Assembly: GCA_051941275.1 (NCBI GenBank)
Contig: JAVEBF010000055.1
Span: 1-38,437, forward strand
Direction of reading: 5' to 3'
DNA length: 38,437 nt
Origin: Dirinaria sp. TL-2023a
Taxonomy: Eukaryota
Of this stretch, positions 1-10,697 are shown in pieces. A program made the position numbers and the translations under genes. Within the stretch, counting starts at the first letter, position 1, and each line of letters begins with the position of its first letter. The notes below the pieces were generated by a model that saw only the letters and a list, made by a program, of their open reading frames with translations, searched no databases and was not told the origin of the DNA.

Positions 1-1100
1 AGCGATAACGTGTCGAAGAGACTGAGACTTCTTACATTCATCGAGATATCTGCGATTTTTTGACTCTGATCATCTTCATTTAATTCTTCGATCATCTGTG
101 AGATAGTTGAAGAGAGATCTGCTTCATTCTAACGATCATTCGTCTTCTGAGTGCCTCTGCTCTGTTCAACTGATGTCTATGAAGTAGCTATGATATTCTT
201 GAATACTGATTTTGTAGAAGTCGAAGAGACGAGAGTACGACGATTGTTAGAAATCGAGATAGACTTGATTGAGTCTTCTGAAAGTCGTTTTTTGAACACT
301 TTGTCTCTAGTACGTTCTTTCTTCAGCGCAGCATGAAGCTGCTTCTCAAAGATAAGAATCGATCCTGAATTCTCTTCGACGTCGTCATGTATCTCATCGT
401 TCGCTGCTTCATCTTCTTTATCATCTGAAGCTGACTTCTTGATCGCGTCATTCTTCTTGTGGTCTCTCTTACGCTTGCGGGTCTTGAGCTTCTCATTAGC
501 GATGAAGCGGCGAGAACTGACATCTTCGTCGAATTTGAACTTGAACTTAGATTTGAATTTCCTCGAGTCTATTATTCGTGAGAGACATTCAAACTGAGAT
601 CAGCAAATCTACGTTTATGCTTCTTCTTGAAGTCATCTTGAAGCTGCTCATTCGACATCTCGAGGTCAGTCATCTTCTTCACAAAGAGATATAACGCTAC
701 TGACTAAGAGCAATATTAAAGCTGACTGCGCGTCATCAGAGCGCTGTATCTTTCTAAGTTATGATCTGAATAACGATGTATGACTGAAATATGAATGTAA
801 GAGAATGTGAAAAAGAAAAATGATTTAGAAAATCGTTTACTATCTGACTTTGTTATTGTTACTCTCTAGACAATCATCGAATCCGCGACAACGAAACGCC
901 GACATGATTGCCTCATCTAAACAAAGAAATCACTGATTACACATCATTTTTACGAGAACTGATCATGAGCTTAATAACAGCTTCTTCTTGACTATTATCT
1001 GAATAGACGATTTTCCTCTTTTCTCTACAATAGAGTTTTGAGATTTTTCATCAGTCTATCAAAACATCATTCGATGCAGAGAAACTGACACTTTAATTCA
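1..1100 (-). mobile_element. Degenerate, RIP-like mutated repeat or transposon relic (family not identifiable; runs off the left edge)
   Basis: AT-rich with very few CC/GG dinucleotides and an abrupt return to normal composition near 1100. A charged protein-like minus-strand frame (..KFDEDVSSRRFIANEKLKTRKRKRDHKK..) is broken by scattered stops. Confidence 0.6.
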
Positions 1101-1480
1101 TGTTATTGGTGTTAAGAAACACCTTACACATGTGATTTTAGCGCTGAGGAACCAGCGCATTGAAAGGGGAGGCTGTTGTCATGATATTTTGACCCTTACG
1201 GCCTAGTGACTTATTACGTGAGATGAGTGGAAGCTTTCTCAAGGTTCTCTGAGGTCAGTAGAACTCAAGCGGATACTCGGAAACTTCTAGATGGTTTGAT
1301 GTCATCGCTCTATAAGCGCTGCGTAGGCTTCAGTACAATATATCCGCAATACTGCCAAGTGATTGCGGGGTCGTATAGAATAAAGAGGCCATTCCCATCC
1401 CGAGGACTTGAGTTCCTCAGTAATTAGTCTTGATAGCCATAGACTTCTTGTTTCCCATACTGTTGCACATTGCCACATAA

Positions 1481-2111
1481 CCTAGCTAGTACTTGATTTC
1501 CATAAGGAACTTCTTACTAGCATAACAGTTGAATAGGAATTTGCTTGCGATCGTTGGCCCATTTCCATAATTTTTCTCTGATGAGTACGCTTTTGAGGTC
1601 GGTGCGCCAACTCAGTCAGTTCTTTTTTCTCTTCAGCTTCTCGATATGATATAAGTTGTCTTTGCCCATGATGTGTAGTGTAATACTGACTTCTTCTAGA
1701 TGTCAAGTATAGACTGTTCATCATGTGCTCTTGCCAACTCGATTCAATGTGGGTGAGGATAAGGTCGAAGTGAGAGTAGGGTGAGATTCTTGTTTTGAGT
1801 TCTCTAGTTGCTATGCAACAATACAATGTAATGACTTCATTTACTTTGCTTGCAGTATTTGCAGTGAACACTAATCGAGCTCATAATCTGTTAAGATTAT
1901 GAGGGTGCGATTTAGGATAAGGTGCAAGTAGCAAGGTAGGGTGCATAGTATGTATTGTGTAGAGACTATGGAAGGAAGTTCAAGCAGGTGAAGAAGGAAA
2001 AGTGCTAAGTACCCGGTGTGTGGGTGCCAAGCCTCTAGTGTACCGCGCTAAGCCTATTTGGTTAAGCTATCCCCACGATCACCAGGTAGGTGGTTATTGC
2101 CTTTCTTAACA
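1481..2111 (-). mobile_element. Truncated Ty1/Copia-type LTR retrotransposon fragment: 5' LTR, PBS and ~400 bp degenerate internal sequence
   Basis: The LTR is followed on the minus strand by GATTATGAGCTC, resembling the GGTTATGAGCCC PBS of fungal Copia elements. Flanks CATAA (1476-1480) and TATAA (2112-2116) are a near-identical 5-bp pair. Confidence 0.6.
1889..2111 (-). repeat. LTR, 223 bp
   Basis: Begins TGTTAAGA (1889) and ends TCTTAACA (2111): a perfect 8-bp terminal inverted repeat with TG...CA ends, directly abutting a PBS-like sequence. Confidence 0.7.
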
Positions 2112-4631
2112 TATAATGCTCTCTGTAAGTATTTCTGCCACAAAATCGTCCGAATCCACTTGGAGTAGATCCGAAAGATACTCTAAGGGGTTCGAAGCAA
2201 AGTCCCCCATCGACTTTGATTTGATGAGCATAGCACCGGTAAGCGTTTTCACGCTTAATTTGTGTAGTGAGAGTTATTAGCGATAGAGCTTGCTCTAGAC
2301 CGTTGAATCAGGACGAATCATCTTTTGATGCTGGTAATGTAGCTCAGACGGGAGTCATGAAGTCGATCGCCTATACGAACAGTGCTGGGGCCGCTGTCCG
2401 AAAGACATCCCGATGATAGATAAGATATGACTGCAGCATAAATTCGGTCGATGTGGGAAAATCGCCTTCAAAAGGTCAGGAATTGCCAGCGTAGAGTGAG
2501 GAGAAATCAAGTAAGTATAGATCTCGCACCCATTCTAAAAGGATGCTCAATTGAGTATCACTTTTTAAAGCTTATTTGATCTTACCTCGTGGCAACGTGA
2601 ACAAGGTCTGATGGAGAATGGATAGAAATCCTGAACCGAGGAAGAATAGTACTTGAAGTACAAGCAATAATGTATTATACATGAATTTATCTGTACTCGT
2701 GCCACGCCTTGAAGTCTGGCTTATCTAATCTCTCTAGAGGCTTACAGCCAGCTTGCATTCTAGACTCTATAGGTGGGCTCTGGGTGATCCAGGGGCACTC
2801 TGGGTAGCACTTTTGTGATGATTTTGGCTGTTCTTCAAACGATTTTCAGTTCGCAGCACTGATGGTGCAGATCGCGCTCGTCATGACCCATTACAGCGGT
2901 TTTTTCTCTTTGACTTTTCAGGAGATAGGCCAGAGCTCTTCGAGCTGCCGCGCTTCGGTTTTCTTTCACATATCGTCGGAGGAAAGGAGTTTGCATCGAT
3001 TTCATGACTGGTCGGCGCTGCCCCACATGTGTTCAGCTAGGCATCATTAATCCACAGCTGCGCAATACAGTAAAATTGCAGTATCGATTCCTACTACAAG
3101 ATCAAAGCTTATGTACTTGCAGCATTTCGACTTTCCCATTTTAGGAGGCAGAGTTGGTCCATTTTTTCAATGTATTCAAGATTGGAACTTGATTGCTTCT
3201 GGTAGCATGCGGAGTCCCATCTTGCTGCATGTCGGGATAGGAATTTGAAAAATAACGATACCGTCAAAGGTGTTGAATTGTCTTTCTGTTAGTCTCCACT
3301 ATCTAGACGCGTTTCGACGCATGCCGTATATACTGGTAAATAGACACGTCCCGAAATTCGAAAGAGATAAAAAGTCCTCTTGTCGTTGATCTTTGTTAGC
3401 AATCTGCATGAAGCAAGGAAGCCCGGTCACTACACTACAGGACTCCGGAATCTCATCCCTCTTAGGCAGGGAATATTATATTGTGATAAAGGCAACACAG
3501 ACGAAGTGAGCACATCTGGAACTCATGGGATCATTCAAGTGCATGTTTTCCGCTCAACTTTCTGAAAGCACTAGAGCAGGCCGTCGTGTTTTAGCAGCTC
3601 TCATTGCAATGCGACCGAGTGGATGAGGTGGCAAGAAAATGGGGTTGGTAGTCTTACATCCAATGGCGTGGTATTGGTGACAAATTTTCAGCAGACCGAC
3701 TTGGTCTTTTTTCTTGTTCTTCTTTTCTGTAGATGGTGTTCGAGAGAACTCACAGTTGGATTTGTGGGCGAGTGTGCTTAGTAGTAAGCCACCTGTCACT
3801 AGCGCTGCCTCACTTGCCCTGGATGTGAAGCCGAAACCGGGAATAGCTGGTGTGTTGCAGCCCCCCGAGGTGACGCCATCTTGCGCTCGATACAGTACAA
3901 CTAAGGTACCTTAGTAAATGCAGCCAATACGCAGGCTTGTTTGCCGATATGCGCGCCAATCTCTCGGCTCAAGGTAAGTATCGTGATATCTTGCATGTTT
4001 CTGGCCGCTACTGTACCCCGCCATGAGACCATCGCATGCCGTCGACTCCCCGTGAATCAGATTTTCTCCGTGTCACCCCTCCCATAAGATATCTTACCAA
4101 TGGCTCATCTTGGTTGAGGAGCTTCGGCATTCGCGTGTGCCCGGGACAATTACCTATGGATCGCTTCACCTGCTGCCACTCGGACGGTACGTACAGTACT
4201 GTACTTCACCCTGGCCTTACCTTATCTCGCAGTCCAGCATGCCCCACACGGACCCGAATTTATCTTACATACTGTCAGGCAATAATGTGCCTTTTGTTCT
4301 CTTCCAACAGAAGTCGCATGGCATATGCAGGCTGCCCGGCGCCCACGTGTATAAGATCTTTCCCACACCGACGGGGTAGTTTCAGACGCTGCTGCGGGAG
4401 AACATCCAGGCTGCATGCTGGTAAGATGTAGAAATGGACACTCTGGAAGTCGAACTGAGAAAAGGGTATCGACATCATCACCATCTATATAGTTCCATCA
4501 AATAAGTTGTGAGTATATTACAATATCATGGCGTCAGTCTCAGCAATGTGCCAGCCTGCACGAGCATGAACGACCAAAACGGACTGAAGAACATGGTCTC
4601 CGCTCTCTTTAACCCTCCCATCCAAACCGAT

Positions 4632-5876
4632 TCATCCAACGAAGTGACCCTCAATCCACCGTGTTCCTTCTTTTTCACTGTCCGCACTACTTCGAATGAT
4701 CTCCTGCTCGCTTTCGCTCGGACTCTGCCCTCGCGTCCGATGCTCTGGCTCAGGACGAGAATTTCGCGCCGCTCGGCCCGGCATAAGAACAGTAGCAGTG
4801 CCCATTAAACTCTTCGCTTTCGGTGCTGGCTCCCCGGCTGTGACTGCCGTTGAGGACGAGGCGTTTGATTGATCTGAATTGACCGGTTCCGACACAACGT
4901 CCACATGTTGAACCTTGAATATCTGCTCCTGAGGGTCTACTGCACCGTGTGATGCACCGGACAATGAACCCCGGACGCCTCTCGCGGTCGTCCATGTCCC
5001 TGCTTTCCGGGGCGGAACTCCGGCTTCAGGATCGTGCATGGAAGGAAGTGTTCGTTGCTTCAGTTCATGGCTATTGGGATCTCCGCCGCTCCGCCATCGG
5101 TTTCCCTCCGTCAGACCCGCCTTTGTGAGACCCATCAGCTGATTCAGGACAGCAAATTCAAGCTTGAGTTTAATAGCATAAATCATTGGCTTGATCGATG
5201 CCTCGCCCACGTAGTTGTTCGAAAATTCGAGGCCAATTAGGACGATATCCATACCGATACAGATGCAGTTGATCAGGATCAGTTGGAACATTACTTTCCG
5301 AGTCATGCTGTGGTAGATTGCCCCGAGAAGCCTGACAGTCGATACAATGTAAATCGTGGAGATTATGAATTCCTGGAGGCAGAAGCCTACAAGCTGGATC
5401 CGCTCCATGACGTTGAACTTGTGAACCCAGACGTCGGCTTGCGGTGAGTTGCTGCCGTAGGTAAATACGATAGTTGGGATGTGCAGTGCGACCGCATCCA
5501 AGACAATTAGCGCAAGGACATAGTGTAGCGTCTTCGGTTTTCGCACGACGAGGTGTAAACGCGAATAGAGGACGAAAGCCTGCCCTGTCACCATCCATAC
5601 CCATCCCAGCTCAATGAAAGGCAAGTCGACAAGCCATGAAGTCCCGACTAGAAATTTGAGAATGAACCCCAGAGCATGGAGCGTACAGCCCCATGAGCTG
5701 ATGAGGAGCGACCAGAAGTAAAGACCCTTACGGCGCCTGAAGGTATATAGAATGACTAAATCGAGCTCTATCGTGTAGGCCCAGGCAACCGCAGTCCCAG
5801 CAGCCAATATACAATACTGGAGCGGATCGTAGGGAAGGGCGCCGGTGACACCTGTGGTAGAGCGTCCAAGAATCAT
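4632..5876 (-). CDS. Fungal multi-pass integral membrane protein (about 7 TM, DUF7703-like), intronless, with S/P-rich C-terminal tail
   Basis: 414-aa ORF with hydrophobic helices and family-typical motifs GLYFWSLLISSWG, MVTGQAFVLYSRLHLV, MERIQLVGFCLQE and YAIKLKLEFAVLNQL. Confidence 0.85.
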   Translation of the reverse strand: MILGRSTTGVTGALPYDPLQYCILAAGTAVAWAYTIELDLVILYTFRRRKGLYFWSLLISSWGCTLHALGFILKFLVGTSWLVDLPFIELGWVWMVTGQAFVLYSRLHLVVRKPKTLHYVLALIVLDAVALHIPTIVFTYGSNSPQADVWVHKFNVMERIQLVGFCLQEFIISTIYIVSTVRLLGAIYHSMTRKVMFQLILINCICIGMDIVLIGLEFSNNYVGEASIKPMIYAIKLKLEFAVLNQLMGLTKAGLTEGNRWRSGGDPNSHELKQRTLPSMHDPEAGVPPRKAGTWTTARGVRGSLSGASHGAVDPQEQIFKVQHVDVVSEPVNSDQSNASSSTAVTAGEPAPKAKSLMGTATVLMPGRAARNSRPEPEHRTRGQSPSESEQEIIRSSADSEKEGTRWIEGHFVG

Positions 5877-7411
5877 TTTGGAAGCGGTGAGTGCGCATGC
5901 GCTCAGGAAACTCGTAAGACTTTGAGAACTCTAGCAATGGCATGGAACAATTCTACACATATTATGTAGCGGTTCTCAAATGGGGAAAAAAAGGAATACA
6001 ATAATGAGTGGTCGCAATTTCATTAATTTGAGGGACGGCTGAAAAAGAGAAAGGTTGTAGTATAATTCTGTTCCCAAGCTGATGAAAGGACGGGAGGTGG
6101 ACTTTGCTTGATCGTCGAGAGCTAGCAGACGGCTTGCTTGACCCATGTCCGTCCTAAATATTATTGCGTAAAGGCACCAGGAGCAGGAACACGGGGTAGC
6201 TCCGAAATAGTCCTTCAACCTTGAATTAAAAGTTGCACCGGTGGCTAAGAGGACACCCAATAACACGCACCAGCAGTACGATGGCTTTTCCTCGCACAGA
6301 CCTACCAGATCCATTGAGAATTTAAGATGGCCCATCGACCTGGCAATACTCTAAAGTTCGGTACCTGCATCGTGGTCGCCCAGAAGCAGAGAGCCTGCTG
6401 CATTATTGCCTCATTGATCAAATTTGCTACCCGTGGCCCGTCCTACACGCTCAAAATATATCCTTCTCTCTGCCGATCAAGCAGGCAACAGCTGCGCGGG
6501 CACAACAGACTTTGGTCACTGGTCAGGCACATGACAGCCCCAAGACTCTAAGAGACGGTCTATGAGCCCGGCCACCACGAAGAAAGAGCGTAGAAAGGTT
6601 CGAGATGGGAGGAACCCCCTGAGATTCGGAGAATTTCCTACATTAGCGGCTCGGTGGTGTCGCACAGGCGGTGCCGGTTACTACCTAGATACCTTAGATA
6701 CCTGAATGATGGACAAAAGGATGATCTGAGATGGGTTAGATCCAGGTACGACAAGGGAGTTGTCGTTGGCGCGCCTCTATCCTCATTAGAGACCTACCAT
6801 GCCCGGTTTAGCGCCGTGCGTTAGTGGCGCTGCGAACGCACATGGAGGATGATTCCTTTGCTGATCTTACTACTACTGTTGAGGCGAGCTGAATTGTGTC
6901 CCTACTTGATCCATGATGTATCTCTCGGCCTCTACTGTACTACCAAATTCCCGTCGCTGAGTCGAATCTAGACTACATCCTGCATACCTCGTTGCACTAC
7001 CACGTGTACCGCTGCATAAAGTACACAATTGGCACTACCGCTTTGAGAGAGGGTGATGACAAGGACCGCTGGTTGTGGGTGTCTACAGGACCTGAACACT
7101 TTTGGCTCGCTGCAGCAGCCTGCATGAAGGAAGTGAGCGATTCTCTCTACCGCATATCTAGACCTGCACCATACGCGTACGGACTACGGAACGAGTCCAT
7201 GCATATTCTCAGCCCCCTACAATTATCACGATGACTCTCGACAGATGCCCACCTACCCAAACGATGTTACACGTCATGGAGCTGAGTCTAAATGACGATG
7301 CTGCACAACACTAGCATCTTGCATTACGATCGGGCTGTGTACTCAGTATCTTGACGCTCGATGAACCTGTGAGTGCCAATTCACCTCGAAGAGCCAAGGG
7401 ACATCACAGTC

Positions 7412-10400
7412 ATGGATGCTAAGGTCACATCTTCTGTCCCTCCCGCAGAGGGAGCTGGAATGGCTGAGATAGTTACCGGCGTACATGCCCACTCTCAAGA
7501 GCACTTGGGATCGCTCAATGTCCCGGCTGCCACTGCAGTCAAGAAGGAGACAGGAGATTTGGAGGAAATTATGCCGCAGAGATCTGGCGAGCAATCTAGC
7601 AAGGGCGCACGCAAAAAGGCAGGTAAAATCAATGTAACGCCGCAGACACCAACTTTTCCGCTGCTTTCGAACAACGTTCCGACTTCTCCTGTTATGAATT
7701 TGAAACACAGCCAATTTGATGGCGAAGATGAGGAGCCCGCGACAGCGAGAGGCTTCCAGCGTTCTGCCAGCCCGCCATTGATTCTACAAAGGAACCAGGG
7801 TGCAGTCTACGAAAAGATTGGCGAGGAAGGGATTTGCAAGATGCACAAATTTTCGCTCTATGAAACGGCCAGCCGGTACTATTTGGTTGGAGGAGACATT
7901 ACCGACCGAAAGTACCGCATCTTGAAAATTGAACGCAATGCGGATGTAGAGGAGTTAAGCGTCACAGAAGATGACATTGTATATACCAAGAAAGAGATGA
8001 ACCAGCTACTCAACGCTGTCGATGATGGTAATAAAGCATCTGGAGGCTTGAAACTCAAGTGTAGTACTTGGGGTCTCCTTGGTTTCATTCGATTTACTGG
8101 TGCGTACTACATGCTGCTTATCACTAAGCGTAGCCAAGTCGCCATGATAGGAGGTCATTATATCTATCAAATCGACGGCACAGATTTGGTACCCCTAACA
8201 GCCCCATCTTCATCCCGGTTTCGATTGGACCGCGATGCGGAGGAAGCACGGTTTGTAGGGATTCTTCACAATCTTGATCTATCCCGATCCTTTTATTTCA
8301 GTTACTCGTATGACATTACAAGGACGTTGCAGTACACAATAATACGCGAGCAGGGTGGCTTTAAACCGAATCAGTCCGGAATACCTGAACACCGCTTCAA
8401 CTCCATGTTCGTCTGGAACCACCACCTGCTGGATCCCGCCTTGAAAGCGTTAAGGAACACCTACGACTGGTGCCTTCCCATTGTCCATGGCTTCGTTGAT
8501 CAAGCAAAAGTGTCAATCTACGGCAGAACTGTTTATCTCACGATCATTGCCAGGAGATCGCGATTCTTCGCAGGCGCACGGTTTTTAAAGCGTGGCGCCA
8601 ACGACTTGGGATACGTTGCCAATGACGTCGAGACAGAACAGATAGTATCCGAGATGCTGACGACATCATTTCATGCTCCGGGCTCCGAACTCTTCGCAAA
8701 TCCCAACTACACTTCATACGTACAGCACCGAGGCAGCATACCATTATATTGGACCCAGGATAATACCGGAGTCACACCCAAGCCGGACATTGAGTTGAAT
8801 TTGGTAGACCCATTCTATAGTGCAGCGGCTCTCCACTTCGATGACCTCTTCGAGCGTTATGGAGCGCCGATCTACGTTCTCAACCTTGTAAAATCGAGAG
8901 AACGAACGCCTCGAGAATCTATCCTGCTCAAAGAATACACAAATGCAATCAAATACTTGAACCAGTTCTTACCTGAGGGCAAGAAGGTTAGATACAAGGC
9001 ATGGGATATGAGTAGAGCCTCCAAGAGTCGAGATCAAGACGTAATTGGAACTCTGGAGTCTATCGCAGAAGATGTCATGACTACCACAGGGTTCTTTCGT
9101 AACGGAGGGTTTCAATCCAATGAGGATATGAAGTTGCAGTGCGGCGTTGCAAGAACAAACTGTATCGACTGCTTGGACAGAACAAATGCTGCTCAATTCG
9201 TCATCGGCAAACGTGCCCTTGGATACCAACTGCATGCTCTTGGAATCATTGATACTACGTCTATTGAATATGACACCGATGCTGTCAATCTCTTTACTCA
9301 TATGTATCATGATCATGGTGACACTATTGCTATCCAATATGGGGGCTCACACTTGGTGAATACGATGGAAACATATCGAAAGATCAATCAATGGTCCAGC
9401 CACTCTCGAGACATGGTGGAGAGCTTCAAGCGCTACTATAATAATTCATTTCTTGATCGGCAGAGGCAGGAGGCGTACAATCTCTTCCTCGGCAATTACA
9501 CATTCGTGCATGGGCAGCCATTGCTTTGGGACTTGGCTACAGACTATTACCTTCACCACGCGGATCCTCGGGCATGGTCTGGCAAACAGCGCAAAAGCTA
9601 TGTACAATGGTATAGCCCCGAATATCTAACACAACGAACCGTTTCGAAAGATGTTCAGCCTTTTCGATCGTTCATGGGAAAATCTCTCGGATTTTTCGAT
9701 GATTACTGGATCGAATACTATCGCCCGCTCGCTCTATCTTCATTACAGAAGATCTTTTCTTACCGTATGAATTCTACATTGCAATACATCCCTTTCAAAT
9801 CTACCCAAGAGGGGAAATACGACTTGAGCCCTTTTCGAATCAGGGCCAGCCAAGAGCATGAAATGCCGGAGAAAGTCCGTCAGCGAAAGGAAGTGTCTAT
9901 AGCCGACCCTCAGCAAGGCAGGTTGGAAAGTCGATCTGTGGAATCCTCCCAAGTAATCTCACCTACTAAACCTACGCAATTGCCCAGCTGGCTCCACTCG
10001 CAGTTGAATGAACCTTCACCCTCGTATACTAGCATCTTGAAACCTCGAGAACCAGGACAAGAGTCTCTGGAGGGCAAGGACTCGAATGAAAAACCTTTGA
10101 AAGACAAGTCGGCTATGACACAGTGGACTCTCAATCAATTTGTCTTCAACTCGCTTAACCCCTCCGTGACAGACAACGAAGCATACGAGTATCAACGCTA
10201 CATTAGCCATCCGCAAACACTAGCTCTTGTTACAACAGCCGAACTCCCGCCAAATCCAGACATGAACTTCTTACTCTATGTGAAAAGTAATTCGCCAGAT
10301 GTTGTCAACAACATGCATAGCACCGAAGACGAAATTGCGGATTATGCAGAGTTTTTGGACGTTGCTGATGACGCACTCACGGTTCTGGAGACCGACACGC

Positions 10401-10477
10401 CGAAGAAGAGATACAAAGCTTATCGGCAATGGTTGAAGGGCAAGTCCCTCTTCAAACAGCAGCGCATCGATCCGTGA
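7412..10477 (+). CDS. FIG4: Polyphosphoinositide phosphatase Fig4 (SAC domain), apparently intronless
   Basis: SAC-domain motifs RRSRFFAGARFLKRG, VANDVETEQ, QHRGSIPLYW, catalytic CIDCLDRT (CX5RT) and HGDTIAIQYGGS. First in-frame ATG is at 7412 (the ORF track starts at GTG 7373). Confidence 0.95.
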   Translation: MDAKVTSSVPPAEGAGMAEIVTGVHAHSQEHLGSLNVPAATAVKKETGDLEEIMPQRSGEQSSKGARKKAGKINVTPQTPTFPLLSNNVPTSPVMNLKHSQFDGEDEEPATARGFQRSASPPLILQRNQGAVYEKIGEEGICKMHKFSLYETASRYYLVGGDITDRKYRILKIERNADVEELSVTEDDIVYTKKEMNQLLNAVDDGNKASGGLKLKCSTWGLLGFIRFTGAYYMLLITKRSQVAMIGGHYIYQIDGTDLVPLTAPSSSRFRLDRDAEEARFVGILHNLDLSRSFYFSYSYDITRTLQYTIIREQGGFKPNQSGIPEHRFNSMFVWNHHLLDPALKALRNTYDWCLPIVHGFVDQAKVSIYGRTVYLTIIARRSRFFAGARFLKRGANDLGYVANDVETEQIVSEMLTTSFHAPGSELFANPNYTSYVQHRGSIPLYWTQDNTGVTPKPDIELNLVDPFYSAAALHFDDLFERYGAPIYVLNLVKSRERTPRESILLKEYTNAIKYLNQFLPEGKKVRYKAWDMSRASKSRDQDVIGTLESIAEDVMTTTGFFRNGGFQSNEDMKLQCGVARTNCIDCLDRTNAAQFVIGKRALGYQLHALGIIDTTSIEYDTDAVNLFTHMYHDHGDTIAIQYGGSHLVNTMETYRKINQWSSHSRDMVESFKRYYNNSFLDRQRQEAYNLFLGNYTFVHGQPLLWDLATDYYLHHADPRAWSGKQRKSYVQWYSPEYLTQRTVSKDVQPFRSFMGKSLGFFDDYWIEYYRPLALSSLQKIFSYRMNSTLQYIPFKSTQEGKYDLSPFRIRASQEHEMPEKVRQRKEVSIADPQQGRLESRSVESSQVISPTKPTQLPSWLHSQLNEPSPSYTSILKPREPGQESLEGKDSNEKPLKDKSAMTQWTLNQFVFNSLNPSVTDNEAYEYQRYISHPQTLALVTTAELPPNPDMNFLLYVKSNSPDVVNNMHSTEDEIADYAEFLDVADDALTVLETDTPKKRYKAYRQWLKGKSLFKQQRIDP

Positions 10478-10697
10478 TCAAACCTGGCTACTCTTCGGAT
10501 CTAATGTGACCACCGGCTTGATGGCCCACGCACTGACTGCTACTTCTCTGTGGCCTCTCATGAAAGTTTTCGACGTAGCATGCTCGGTAACGTTGCACGA
10601 TTCTTCCCAATTTGCTGTGATATTGCTCATTTTCAGGGCCGAACTGTCGTTTTTTCAGGAGAGCCTCACTTTGATCTTATAGAACGTGCAGTACAAT

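Larger units (their letters stand above)
1302..2273 (-). pseudogene. Possible disrupted gene of unknown function, split by the LTR-element fragment
   Basis: 53 stop-free codons (2273-2115) join in frame to 58 stop-free codons (1478-1305) once the 1481-2111 insert and one copy of the putative TSD are removed. Confidence 0.35.

Noticed and set aside
690..975. Possible degenerate LTR ends (TATAACG..CGCGACA) and PBS-like GATCATGAGC in the left relic
   Set aside because: Termini and junction are not canonical; too degenerate to support without other copies.
2333..2400. GGTAATGTAGCTCAGACGGG resembles a tRNA 5' end
   Set aside because: No D-stem closure, no GTTCRA T-loop and no acceptor-stem complement downstream.
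2835..4431. Short ORFs and a possible decayed frame at 4110-4500
   Set aside because: No recognisable domain, and lengths are compatible with chance.
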